The notes under the pieces are model-generated. The model had not been told where the DNA came from, did no database searches, and was given only the letters and a program-made list of their open reading frames with translations. DNA of 64,000 nt from Candidatus Aenigmatarchaeota archaeon (GTDB lineage: Archaea > Aenigmatarchaeota > Aenigmatarchaeia > CG10238-14 > SCSR01): NCBI GenBank assembly GCA_016213525.1, contig JACRAE010000004.1, positions 13,269 to 77,268 of the forward strand, written 5' to 3'. Shown piece by piece: positions 54,099 through 62,221 of the stretch (the first letter of the stretch is position 1; every line of letters begins with the position of its first letter). Made by a program: the position numbers and the translations under genes.

Positions 54099-54105
54099 TT
54101 TATGT

Positions 54106-55224
54106 TCACTCCTTAGGCTGGAATTTTTCCATCTGAATGAGGTAATCCGCTATTTTTTTTGTAGGGCTGTCTCCTTCAGACGGGATTTTTTGGACCTTCC
54201 ATCTACCATCCTTGATTTTTTTCAGCCCAGATAATATGCCGATGTAGTTGCATCCGGTCAGTCTCACGACTCCGAAGTCCCTAAGTTCTTTTATCTGGAG
54301 ATAGTCGTTGGTCACTATGCACGGCTTGGACATTACGGCGCACTCCTCCTCCAGGCCGCCACTGTCCGTAACCACCCCTCTAGAAGCCGCTACCAAATGC
54401 AAAAAGTCTGGATAGTCCATGGGCTTCATCATCTTGATTCTGGGCACCATGAGGAGCTTATCAAGACGGAACTTCTGCAGCCTCTTTTCTATGACAGGGT
54501 TCGTTATCAGTACCACGTCTATCGGAGAGTCCCTGAGTGCCTCGACCAGATGCCTTGCGTCTAACTTGTTCAATATAGATCTAGTTATGTTGGCCACAAC
54601 GTAGTCCCCACTCGGAATCTTTATCCTGGGTTTTATCTTCAGTGTCTGCTTAACGACATCCCTCATCACGTCTCCCGAAAAGACTATTTTCCCCGACATG
54701 CCCTCAGACCTCAGGTTTCTTTCCGTGCTTCTAAATGGAGTAAACAGGACGTCGGAGTTCCTGTCCGCGAACCTGTATATATTGTCAAGCAGCACGGACG
54801 CTTTGGTCTCGCCCCTGAAGCCGGACTCAAAATGCACTATCCTGTGCCCCTTTCCTAGAACATTCCTTACCTTGATTGCCATGATTGTTGGGGGCACGCC
54901 CATTGTGTTTCCATGAGTTACAATCAAGTCGCCCTTGCCCACAACAGAAGACACAGAAAAAAACACCTTTGACCCCCAAACGAGAGCCAGGACGGCGGCC
55001 AATGGATATGTTGCGGGCGACGCCTCGAGACTAGACCACACGCCCCTCATGGATTTTCCCAGATGTATGTCCGGTTTTGGGAGGTCGAGGAATCCATGGA
55101 GGGACTCATTGTCGTGCTGACCCAGGTCGATTGTCCTGAAATCCGCCTTCCTCCTTTTGAGCTCCCTTATCAGAGGCGAGAATTTTATGAGCTCTGCCCT
55201 GGTCCCGTACACTATATTTATCAT
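54106..55224 (-). CDS. wecB: UDP-N-acetylglucosamine 2-epimerase family (WecB-like, divergent)
   Basis: IVYGTRAELIKFSPL, LIVTHGNTMG, IVHFESGFRG and VVTDSGGLEEECAVMSKPCIV match the Epimerase_2 order of motifs. The segment before the THGNT motif is longer and more hydrophobic than usual. Confidence 0.65.
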   Translation of the reverse strand: MINIVYGTRAELIKFSPLIRELKRRKADFRTIDLGQHDNESLHGFLDLPKPDIHLGKSMRGVWSSLEASPATYPLAAVLALVWGSKVFFSVSSVVGKGDLIVTHGNTMGVPPTIMAIKVRNVLGKGHRIVHFESGFRGETKASVLLDNIYRFADRNSDVLFTPFRSTERNLRSEGMSGKIVFSGDVMRDVVKQTLKIKPRIKIPSGDYVVANITRSILNKLDARHLVEALRDSPIDVVLITNPVIEKRLQKFRLDKLLMVPRIKMMKPMDYPDFLHLVAASRGVVTDSGGLEEECAVMSKPCIVTNDYLQIKELRDFGVVRLTGCNYIGILSGLKKIKDGRWKVQKIPSEGDSPTKKIADYLIQMEKFQPKE

Positions 55225-55259
55225 AAATCGAACCCTATGATTGAATTCGGGTTCTGGGT

Positions 55260-56291
55260 TTATTTAAACAATCCTGGGTTTTCCTCTACCCATCCGTGGA
55301 CGCGCTTCACGCCCTCCTCCGGGGACACCTTCGGCTCCCACCCAAAGTCCTCCATGGCTTTGTTGATGTTGGATATGTAGACCTTCTGGTCCGCGGGCCT
55401 CCAGTCGAAATATTTTGTGGATATTTTCCTGTTGTTGATCTTTTCCAGCATTTCTATCAGTTCCAATAATGACAAAGTGTACTTGGCGCCGCCGCCTATG
55501 TTGTAGGCCTTGCCGGCCGTCTTGTTCCTGTTTTCAGACGCCATGTCGGCCGCCCTGCAGAGGTCCTCGATGAACAGGACGTCTCTGACCTGCTTGCCGT
55601 CGCCGAATATGTTTAGCGGCCTCCCGAAGAATGACGATATCACGAAGTGAGCCAGCCATCCCTGCTCTTCCTTTCCGAACTGCCTGGTCCCGTATATGCA
55701 GCTCTGCCTGAAACTGACCGCAGGCATCCCGTAGACGTGGCTAAAGTCCCTTACATAGAGATCGGCGGAGTACTTGGAGACCCCGTACGGGCTGTGCTTG
55801 TCGAAGTCTGTTGTAAAGGTTTCCGGTATGCCGTTCTTGAAGGCGGGGTCCGCGAACTTCCATCTGGTGGCGGCCTCCTCGATGTCTATGGAGTTGATGC
55901 CCTCGCCGTACACTTTGTTAGTGCTGGTGAAGAGCACGAACGGGTTCTCGTTTGAGAGCCTAGCCGCGTCCAATATGTTGAAGGTCCCGAGTATGTTGAT
56001 TTCCATGTCGTTCCGGGGATCTGTGACGGAATCTGTGACCGTCACCTGGCCCGCGGTGTGTATAATCATGTCCCTACCCCTCACGGCGTCCACCATCGCC
56101 TTCGGGTCCTTGACGTCGGCGTTGAGGAATGTGAGCCCTTCCTTGTGTCTGGACTTCAGCCAATCCATGTTTTGCTTGGAGCCGAACCTGTAAAAGTTGT
56201 CCAGGACCGTGACCTCCTCGCCCTTGTTCAAAAAGTAGTCTGCGAAGTTGCATCCTATGAAACCGCAGCCCCCAGTGATTAGTATGGACAT
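55260..56291 (-). CDS. SDR epimerase, CDP-paratose 2-epimerase (RfbE/Tyv)-like
   Basis: MSILITGGCGFIGCNF...VLDNFYRFGSKQNMDWLK, STNKVYG, HSPYGVSKYSAD, QGW, GDGKQVRDVLFIEDL, YNIGGG...LSLLELI and DQKVYISNINK. From memory, these blocks track Salmonella CDP-tyvelose 2-epimerase closely. Trimmed to the ATG at 56291. Confidence 0.6.
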   Translation of the reverse strand: MSILITGGCGFIGCNFADYFLNKGEEVTVLDNFYRFGSKQNMDWLKSRHKEGLTFLNADVKDPKAMVDAVRGRDMIIHTAGQVTVTDSVTDPRNDMEINILGTFNILDAARLSNENPFVLFTSTNKVYGEGINSIDIEEAATRWKFADPAFKNGIPETFTTDFDKHSPYGVSKYSADLYVRDFSHVYGMPAVSFRQSCIYGTRQFGKEEQGWLAHFVISSFFGRPLNIFGDGKQVRDVLFIEDLCRAADMASENRNKTAGKAYNIGGGAKYTLSLLELIEMLEKINNRKISTKYFDWRPADQKVYISNINKAMEDFGWEPKVSPEEGVKRVHGWVEENPGLFK

Positions 56292-56293
56292 TT

Positions 56294-57409
56294 TTAGCCA
56301 CCCAAATATCTTATTCTCTCTTTCTCTGCCTGGTCGAACTTGTCGACCGCCTTCTGGTCGTCGGACCACTCTACCAGCTTCTCCATTCCGCTCTTCAGGG
56401 ACCATTTTGGCTTGAAACCCAGCTTCTTCTCGGCTCTGCCTATGTCAGCAAAGTCGTGCCTGCTGTCCCCCGGCCTGAACTCGTTGGTTATCTTTGGCTC
56501 GATTTCCCTGCCGTTCAGCTCGATGAGCGTCCTCGCTATCTGCTCTATTGTCACCGACTTCCCGGTCCCGAGGTTGAATACGTCGGTCTCCCTTCCCTTC
56601 TCCAATGCGAGCACGTTGCCCATGGCGACGTCCTCTACGAAAATAAAGTCCCTTACCATCTTTCCGTCCTCGTATATCACGGGTGGATTATCGTTCTTCA
56701 CCCTGCTTAGGAAAATGGCGGCCACCCCCGTGTATGGGTTTCCCAGGCTCTGCCTCGGACCGTAGACGTTGAAATATCTGAACGTTATGGACGGTATCTT
56801 AAGGGTGTCCCCGAACATGAGCGTCAGCCTCTCTGTGTCGTATTTCGACAGGGCGTACGCGGCGAGGTTCTGAGGCGGCTTGTCCTCGGTTATTCCCACT
56901 GGAGCCATCTCATTTCCGCAGTGTGGACATAGGACCTCCCACTGTCCCCGCGCGAGCTGGTCTACGGGCCTGTTCACGGGATTTATCACGCCGTGCTGGC
57001 CGCATCTGTAAGAACCCTCGCCATATATGCTCTTCGAGCTCGCGCTCACTATTTTTTTCAGGTTGTTTTTGATCTCTGGGTTCTCTATTATGGCCTCGTA
57101 CATGTTGGCTGTGCCTATGCTGTTCGCCATCATGTACCTCACCGGCTGGTACATGCTCTGTCCCATGCCGACCATGGCGGCTAGGTGGATGACCGCCTCG
57201 ACGCCCGTCAATGCCTTGACCCATGTCTTCTTGTCCAGTATGTCGCCGCTCGTGAGCTCGGCTGTGCCGTTGATGTAAGTCGGTCTGCTGCCGCCGTGGA
57301 CCTGGTTCTCAAAATTATCGAGTATCCTGACGTCGTGCCCCCTCTCCACCAGCAGGTCCACTGTGTGGCTCCCTATGAAACCTGCGCCCCCCGTGACCAG
57401 AACTTTCAT
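56294..57409 (-). CDS. NAD-dependent SDR epimerase/dehydratase with Cys/His-containing insertion
   Basis: [24 protein letters not shown] and YALSKY. A roughly 35-residue insertion between the Ser and YxxxK elements carries YRCGQHG ... LCPHCG, a C-x2-H ... C-x2-C candidate zinc site. Confidence 0.7.
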   Translation of the reverse strand: MKVLVTGGAGFIGSHTVDLLVERGHDVRILDNFENQVHGGSRPTYINGTAELTSGDILDKKTWVKALTGVEAVIHLAAMVGMGQSMYQPVRYMMANSIGTANMYEAIIENPEIKNNLKKIVSASSKSIYGEGSYRCGQHGVINPVNRPVDQLARGQWEVLCPHCGNEMAPVGITEDKPPQNLAAYALSKYDTERLTLMFGDTLKIPSITFRYFNVYGPRQSLGNPYTGVAAIFLSRVKNDNPPVIYEDGKMVRDFIFVEDVAMGNVLALEKGRETDVFNLGTGKSVTIEQIARTLIELNGREIEPKITNEFRPGDSRHDFADIGRAEKKLGFKPKWSLKSGMEKLVEWSDDQKAVDKFDQAEKERIRYLGG

Positions 57410-57475
57410 TCAGACATTCCCCTCCAGATTAAACATTTTTTGTGCTCTGAACTTATAGCTTTTCTCTGCATGCTT

Positions 57476-58843
57476 TCACTTCCTCCTGCCTATCTCGTCC
57501 CGGACCGACTTTACCGCCATTTCCAGCAGCCTGTCGGCCTCGGCCGGGCTCCTGGCCTCCGCGTTCATCTTAATCGTCGACATTGTGTTGGAGGCCCTGA
57601 TGAGAACCCACCCGTCCTCGCTGTATGCCTTGACTCCGTCAATGTCGAGCGTCCTGAAGCCATTTTTTTTCAAATGGTCCGAGACCTTCTTCACAACGTC
57701 GAATTTTATGTCGTCGTCGCAGTGTACCTCCCTCAGCTCAGAGGTCGGATACACGGGCACCGAGTCCACAATTTTCGCCAACGTGCGTCCCTCGCTCGAC
57801 ACTATCTCGGCCATCTTGAGTCCGGCGTACAGGGCGTCGTCGAAGCTGTGGATCTCCGCGAAGTTTAGGTGGGAACTGTACTCCCCGCCGAATACCGCGC
57901 CCTCGGCTGCCATCCTGCCCTTTATCGCGGGCTGGCCCACCTTGCTCACCACAGGAACGCCGCCCGCGTCCCTTATCGACTCCTCGACGCATGACGAGCA
58001 GCACACGTCGTATACCACCTTGCCGCCCTTGTTGTCGCGCAGGTAGTGACGCGCGAAAATCGGTATCGTTATGTTGCCGGAGGAGACGTACCTCCCAAGG
58101 TTGTCGACGAGCGCTATTCTGTCCACGTCCCCATCGAACGCCATCCCCATATCCGCCCCGCGTGCAAGAACTTCTGACTTCAGGCGGGCCACGTTCTTTT
58201 CCGACGGATCCGACGGCCTCGAAGGGAACGTTCCGTCGGGCTCGCCGTTTATGACAACCACGGCATGGCCTGCTTTTCTCAGGACCGCCTCTGCTATGCC
58301 GCATGCGGCGCCGTTTCCCGGATCTATGACTATGTTGAGCTTGCCGCGCGCCTTTACTCTAGACAACAGAAAACCGACGTATTCTTCTGTCACATCGCTC
58401 TTTGTGGAGGTGCCGGTCCGCGTCCCATACGAGAAGTCCTCGTCCACGAATATTTTTTTTATCCTTTCCAGACCCCCTCCCTGATAAAACTGCGAAGCAT
58501 TGGGCCCCACGAGCTTGAATCCGTTCCAATCGGAGGGGTTGTGGGATGCCGTCACGGATACCCCGGCGTCGAATTTTCCCTGATGAACGGCGAAGTACAT
58601 CATCGGCGTCGTGGACATGCCTATGTCGACCACGTCGCATCCGACAGCCAACATGCCCGATATCATCCTCTCCTTCAGCTTCTCGCCAGTCGGCCTGACG
58701 TCCCTCGAGATAACCACCCTCTTGCCGGGTCCTATGAATGAACCGAATGCCTTTCCGAGCTTCTCGGCTGTGTCGTCGTCGAAGTCCCTCCCATATACCC
58801 CACGGATGTCGTTCGTCCGGAATATGATGTCTGCGTTCTCCAA
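57476..58843 (-). CDS. Phosphohexomutase (phosphomannomutase/phosphoglucomutase/GlmM family)
   Basis: FRTNDIRG, the catalytic TASHNPSDWNGFK, the Mg site FDGDVDR, and the sugar loop GGEYSSH. The first codon at 58843 is TTG, immediately after the upstream TAA. Confidence 0.85.
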   Translation of the reverse strand: MENADIIFRTNDIRGVYGRDFDDDTAEKLGKAFGSFIGPGKRVVISRDVRPTGEKLKERMISGMLAVGCDVVDIGMSTTPMMYFAVHQGKFDAGVSVTASHNPSDWNGFKLVGPNASQFYQGGGLERIKKIFVDEDFSYGTRTGTSTKSDVTEEYVGFLLSRVKARGKLNIVIDPGNGAACGIAEAVLRKAGHAVVVINGEPDGTFPSRPSDPSEKNVARLKSEVLARGADMGMAFDGDVDRIALVDNLGRYVSSGNITIPIFARHYLRDNKGGKVVYDVCCSSCVEESIRDAGGVPVVSKVGQPAIKGRMAAEGAVFGGEYSSHLNFAEIHSFDDALYAGLKMAEIVSSEGRTLAKIVDSVPVYPTSELREVHCDDDIKFDVVKKVSDHLKKNGFRTLDIDGVKAYSEDGWVLIRASNTMSTIKMNAEARSPAEADRLLEMAVKSVRDEIGRRK

Positions 58844-59890
58844 TTAAATCGCCTCGTTTTTCCTCATGCACTCTGCTACCCTCTTCAAGCCCGTCTCGAG
58901 GTCGACCCTCGGACTGTATCCGAACATCCTGTTCGCCTTCGACGTGTCGGGACATCTCCTCCTAGGATCGTCCTTCAGGTTGTAATTCGGCTGTGACTCC
59001 AGACTTATCGTGGACTTGGATTTTGTTATCTTCACTATGGTCTCCGCCAGCTCTAAAATGGTGATTTCTCTATTGTTTCCCACGTTGAACACCTCGCCGT
59101 CTATGCCCGGCGTCAGCAGTAGCCTGAAAAGGCCCTCTATCTGATCCGTTACGTAGCAGAAGCTCCTGGTCTGTTTGCCGTCGCCGTATATCGTGATTGG
59201 CGTGCCGTGTATGGCCTGGTACACGAATTTTATCAGCGCGCGGCCGTAATGGGAGGTTCCCTCCACGTCGAGCCTGGGACCGTAGACGTTGAAGGTCCTC
59301 GTTATCCTTATCGGGGTCTTGTGCGTGTGATAGTATGAGTAGCAGTAGGCTTCAGCCGCCCTCTTGCCCTCATCGTACATGCACCTCGGGCCGAACGAGT
59401 TGACGACCCCGTGGAACGTCTCCTTCGTCGGTATCTGGTCGTCCGGTGGGTTCCCATAGACCTCGCTGGTGCTCATGAACAAGAATCCTTTCACGTTGTC
59501 CGCCCTCGCCTTTTCGAGGAGCTTCCTCGTACCGTTTATGTTTATGTCCAAAGTCTCAATCGGATATTTCATGTAGAGCGGCGGCGTCGCTATGCTCGCC
59601 ATGTGGACTATGTAGTCGAATTTTTCGTCCGATTCGAACTCAAGGAGGCCCGAGTTTATGAAATGGAAGTTGTCCTTTCCCATAAGGTGCTCGACGTTCC
59701 TCTTCGACCCGGAGCTTATGTTGTCCACGCAGGTTATGTCGGCTCCGAAGGAGTCCAAGACGTCGCAGAACCAGCTGCCGAGGAACCCGGCGCCCCCCGT
59801 GACCAGGAATTTCTTGCCCTCTATCTTGTCCGACAGGTCGGAGAGGTTGTGGTTCAGTTCCTTCAGGTCCTCTTCGATTATATGGTTCAT
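58844..59890 (-). CDS. uxs: UDP-glucuronate decarboxylase (UDP-xylose synthase)-like SDR
   Basis: [21 protein letters not shown], the UXS hallmark CMYDEGKRAAE, TRTFNVYGPR and YGDGKQTRSFCYV. Confidence 0.75.
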   Translation of the reverse strand: MNHIIEEDLKELNHNLSDLSDKIEGKKFLVTGGAGFLGSWFCDVLDSFGADITCVDNISSGSKRNVEHLMGKDNFHFINSGLLEFESDEKFDYIVHMASIATPPLYMKYPIETLDININGTRKLLEKARADNVKGFLFMSTSEVYGNPPDDQIPTKETFHGVVNSFGPRCMYDEGKRAAEAYCYSYYHTHKTPIRITRTFNVYGPRLDVEGTSHYGRALIKFVYQAIHGTPITIYGDGKQTRSFCYVTDQIEGLFRLLLTPGIDGEVFNVGNNREITILELAETIVKITKSKSTISLESQPNYNLKDDPRRRCPDTSKANRMFGYSPRVDLETGLKRVAECMRKNEAI

Positions 59891-59900
59891 GGTGGAAGCC

Positions 59901-60818
59901 TCACTCGCGCTTCGTATTGTTCTTGTAAAATTCGGTGAGGTGCTCGACCTTGTTCTTGGTGAACTCGTTTAGCTTGGAGTCGAACAATGAGGTGGTTATG
60001 AAAGCCTCGACGTAGGTCTTGGGATTGCCTATGTCCATATAGATCTCGTCGGGCCTCAGTTTTATCGCTATGACCTTGTATCCCTTCTCTATCAGCCATT
60101 CTATGGCGTCCGTTATCTGCTTCTCCCCCTTCAGGCCGGCCCCGACCTTCTCCAAGGCGTGGAAAATCGTGGGCTTGAATATGTACTTGCCGCATATCGC
60201 AAGGTTCGACACGGTCTCCTGCGGCTTCTCGACGACCCTGTTCAGGTGCAGGACCCCGTTCTCGTCCTCGTCCCCAAGGACGACACCGTACCTCTGCGGG
60301 GTGTCCGTCTCGAAAACTGCGAGCGTGGCGTCCGCGCCGTGCTTCTCATGCGCGTCCTTCAACCTGGTTATGAAGTCGTTCGAGGGCCCCTTGCTCAAAG
60401 AGTACACTATGGAGTCGCCAGAAGTGAAATAGAAGCTGTCCTCGTGTCCGACGTACTCCTTGGCGAGGTGAGCTGCCGCTCCGAACCCGTCGGGCCTCGG
60501 CTGATTTATGTAAGACAGTTTTATTTTACCCAGGAAGTTGTAGAAGCTCTCTGTTGAGTCCAGAGCCTCCTTGTCGGTTATGTGCTCGAGTATACCGTAG
60601 TTCTGCGTGAAGTGGTCCTCTATAGCCCTCTTGTCGCGGCCCGTTATCACGAACATCTTGCTGATTCCGGCGTCGTGTATCTGCTCGACTATCAGGTTCA
60701 GGATGGGCTTGATCTTCCCCTGGTCGACTATTGGGAGCATCTCCTTCGGCTGCTCCTTCGTTGAGGGCATGAGCCTGGTGCCCCGGCCCGCGGCGGCTAT
60801 CACTGCAGACTTTATCAC
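59901..60818 (-). CDS. UTP-glucose-1-phosphate uridylyltransferase-like nucleotidyltransferase
   Basis: AVIAAAGRGTRLMPSTKEQPKEMLPIV and ...VITGRDKRAIEDHF match the GalU-type pattern. The first codon at 60818 is GTG and overlaps the ugd stop as GTGA. Confidence 0.7.
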   Translation of the reverse strand: MIKSAVIAAAGRGTRLMPSTKEQPKEMLPIVDQGKIKPILNLIVEQIHDAGISKMFVITGRDKRAIEDHFTQNYGILEHITDKEALDSTESFYNFLGKIKLSYINQPRPDGFGAAAHLAKEYVGHEDSFYFTSGDSIVYSLSKGPSNDFITRLKDAHEKHGADATLAVFETDTPQRYGVVLGDEDENGVLHLNRVVEKPQETVSNLAICGKYIFKPTIFHALEKVGAGLKGEKQITDAIEWLIEKGYKVIAIKLRPDEIYMDIGNPKTYVEAFITTSLFDSKLNEFTKNKVEHLTEFYKNNTKRE

Positions 60819-62137
60819 GGACGGCCACCTCTAAAATTATCCTTCCATCCTATTCCCCTGTAGACAAGACCCCTCTGCGCAACCTTCTCCGGATCTATGA
60901 TCCTCCTGCCGTCGATTATCGGGGCGTTGATGCTGGAGAGCTCCATGTTCTTGAACTCGTCCCACTCGGTCATGACCATCACTAGGTCGGCGTCCTTGAC
61001 GCACTCTTCCTTAGAGGCGCAGAACGTTACCATGTTGTCGAACATCCCCCTAGCGTTCTCCATCGCCTTCGGGTCGTACGCCCTGACCTTGGCGTGCTTC
61101 CTCAGCAGAGACTGTATAACCACGGTCGACCTAGAGTCCCTCATGTCGTCCGTGTCTGACTTGAACGCCAGACCCAAAATCGATACTTTCTTGTCCGTCA
61201 GGTCGCCTATCGTCTTCTCCGCAAGATCGACCATCCTCTCCGGTTGGGAGTCGTTGATCTTCATGACCTCCTCCAGGAGCGAGGGCTTGACCCCGGCCTT
61301 CTTCGCGGCCGATATCAGAGCCTTGACGTCCTTCGGGAAGCACGAGCCTCCGAAACCCGCCCCCGCGTTGAGGAACTTCGGACCGATTCTCGAGTCTATC
61401 CCCATGGCGCGCGACACCTCCTTGACGTCGGCGTGGTAGTGCTCGCATATGTTGGCGAGCTCGTTCATGAACGATATCCTCGTAGCCAGCATGGCGTTGT
61501 TCCCATATTTTATCATCTCTGCCGTGTTCGTGTCGGTGAATATCCTCGGGAACTTCTGGTCGAAGCCTGAATATAGGTCCGACAGGACTTTCTGCGAGGC
61601 CGAGTCTATACCGCCAATCACTATCTTATCCGGATTCATGAAGTCGTAGACTCCGGACCCCTCTCTCAGGAACTCCGGGTTCATGCACGCTCCGAAGTCC
61701 TCGCCCGCCTTCTTGCCGGAGGCCTTCTCGACTGTCGGTATCACCACGTCTGTGGTGGTGCCGGGCAGGCAGGTGCTCTTCACTACGACGACCTTGTAGC
61801 CCCCAGATTCCCTCATCTGCTCGCCTATCGACTTTGAGCACGTCTCGACCTGCGACAGGTCTATGGAGCCGTCGTCTCGCGAGGGCGTTCCCACGCATAT
61901 GAAAATTACGTCTGCGTCCTTCACGACGGAGTAGTCCGTTGTCGATTTGAGGAGCCCCTTCTTTATACCGGCCCTGAGTACCTCTTCGAGCCCCGGCTCG
62001 TATATCGGGGACACGCCGCGCGCTATCCTGGCGGCCTTCTCCTTGTCCCTTCCGAGCATGGTCACCTCGTGGCCGAACTCGGTGAGGCAGGAGAGGGTTA
62101 TTCCGACGTATCCTGCGCCTATCACAACGATTTTCAT
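60815..62137 (-). CDS. ugd: UDP-glucose 6-dehydrogenase
   Basis: MKIVVIGAGYVG, CVGTP, NPEFLREG, the catalytic GFGGSCFPKD, and LGLAFKSDTDDMRDS. Confidence 0.85.
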   Translation of the reverse strand: MKIVVIGAGYVGITLSCLTEFGHEVTMLGRDKEKAARIARGVSPIYEPGLEEVLRAGIKKGLLKSTTDYSVVKDADVIFICVGTPSRDDGSIDLSQVETCSKSIGEQMRESGGYKVVVVKSTCLPGTTTDVVIPTVEKASGKKAGEDFGACMNPEFLREGSGVYDFMNPDKIVIGGIDSASQKVLSDLYSGFDQKFPRIFTDTNTAEMIKYGNNAMLATRISFMNELANICEHYHADVKEVSRAMGIDSRIGPKFLNAGAGFGGSCFPKDVKALISAAKKAGVKPSLLEEVMKINDSQPERMVDLAEKTIGDLTDKKVSILGLAFKSDTDDMRDSRSTVVIQSLLRKHAKVRAYDPKAMENARGMFDNMVTFCASKEECVKDADLVMVMTEWDEFKNMELSSINAPIIDGRRIIDPEKVAQRGLVYRGIGWKDNFRGGRP

Positions 62138-62174
62138 ATCTTTACCTTACCAAGGATTGGCACGCGTCGTATTA

Positions 62175-62216
62175 AGTATATTACGGAAGTAATAAATAGT
62201 AATACAATAGTATTAC
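62175..62216. promoter_or_regulatory. Candidate operator: four phased AGTA-type repeats including a perfect 7-bp inverted repeat
   Basis: AGTA starts at 62175, 62188, 62198 and 62209, giving spacings of 13, 10 and 11 nt. GTAATAC (62199-62205) and GTATTAC (62210-62216) are perfect reverse complements separated by 4 nt. The repeats overlap the AT-rich TATA-like AATAAATAG about 23-31 nt upstream of the RHH-fusion ATG (62222), in the 84-nt divergent gap shared with ugd. Confidence 0.4.
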
Positions 62217-62221
62217 TCAGT

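Larger units (their letters stand above)
37500..54100. other. AT-shifted sub-island inside the glycosylation locus (approximate bounds)
   Basis: I hand-counted G+C in single 60-nt lines. Lines 44401, 48181 and 51241 give 26/60, 22/60 and 21/60. Lines 12001, 20401 and 30001 give 39/60, 37/60 and 40/60. Long antisense shadow ORFs, abundant in the GC-rich parts of the ORF track, become rare here. Confidence 0.45.

Noticed and set aside
55230-55254. Hairpin GAACCC-n13-GGGTTC between the epimerase-like gene stop (55260) and the wecB-like start (55224).
   Set aside because: The stem is only 6 bp with a 13-nt loop and no adjacent T-tract on the transcribed strand. That is too weak to call a terminator or regulatory structure without RNA data.
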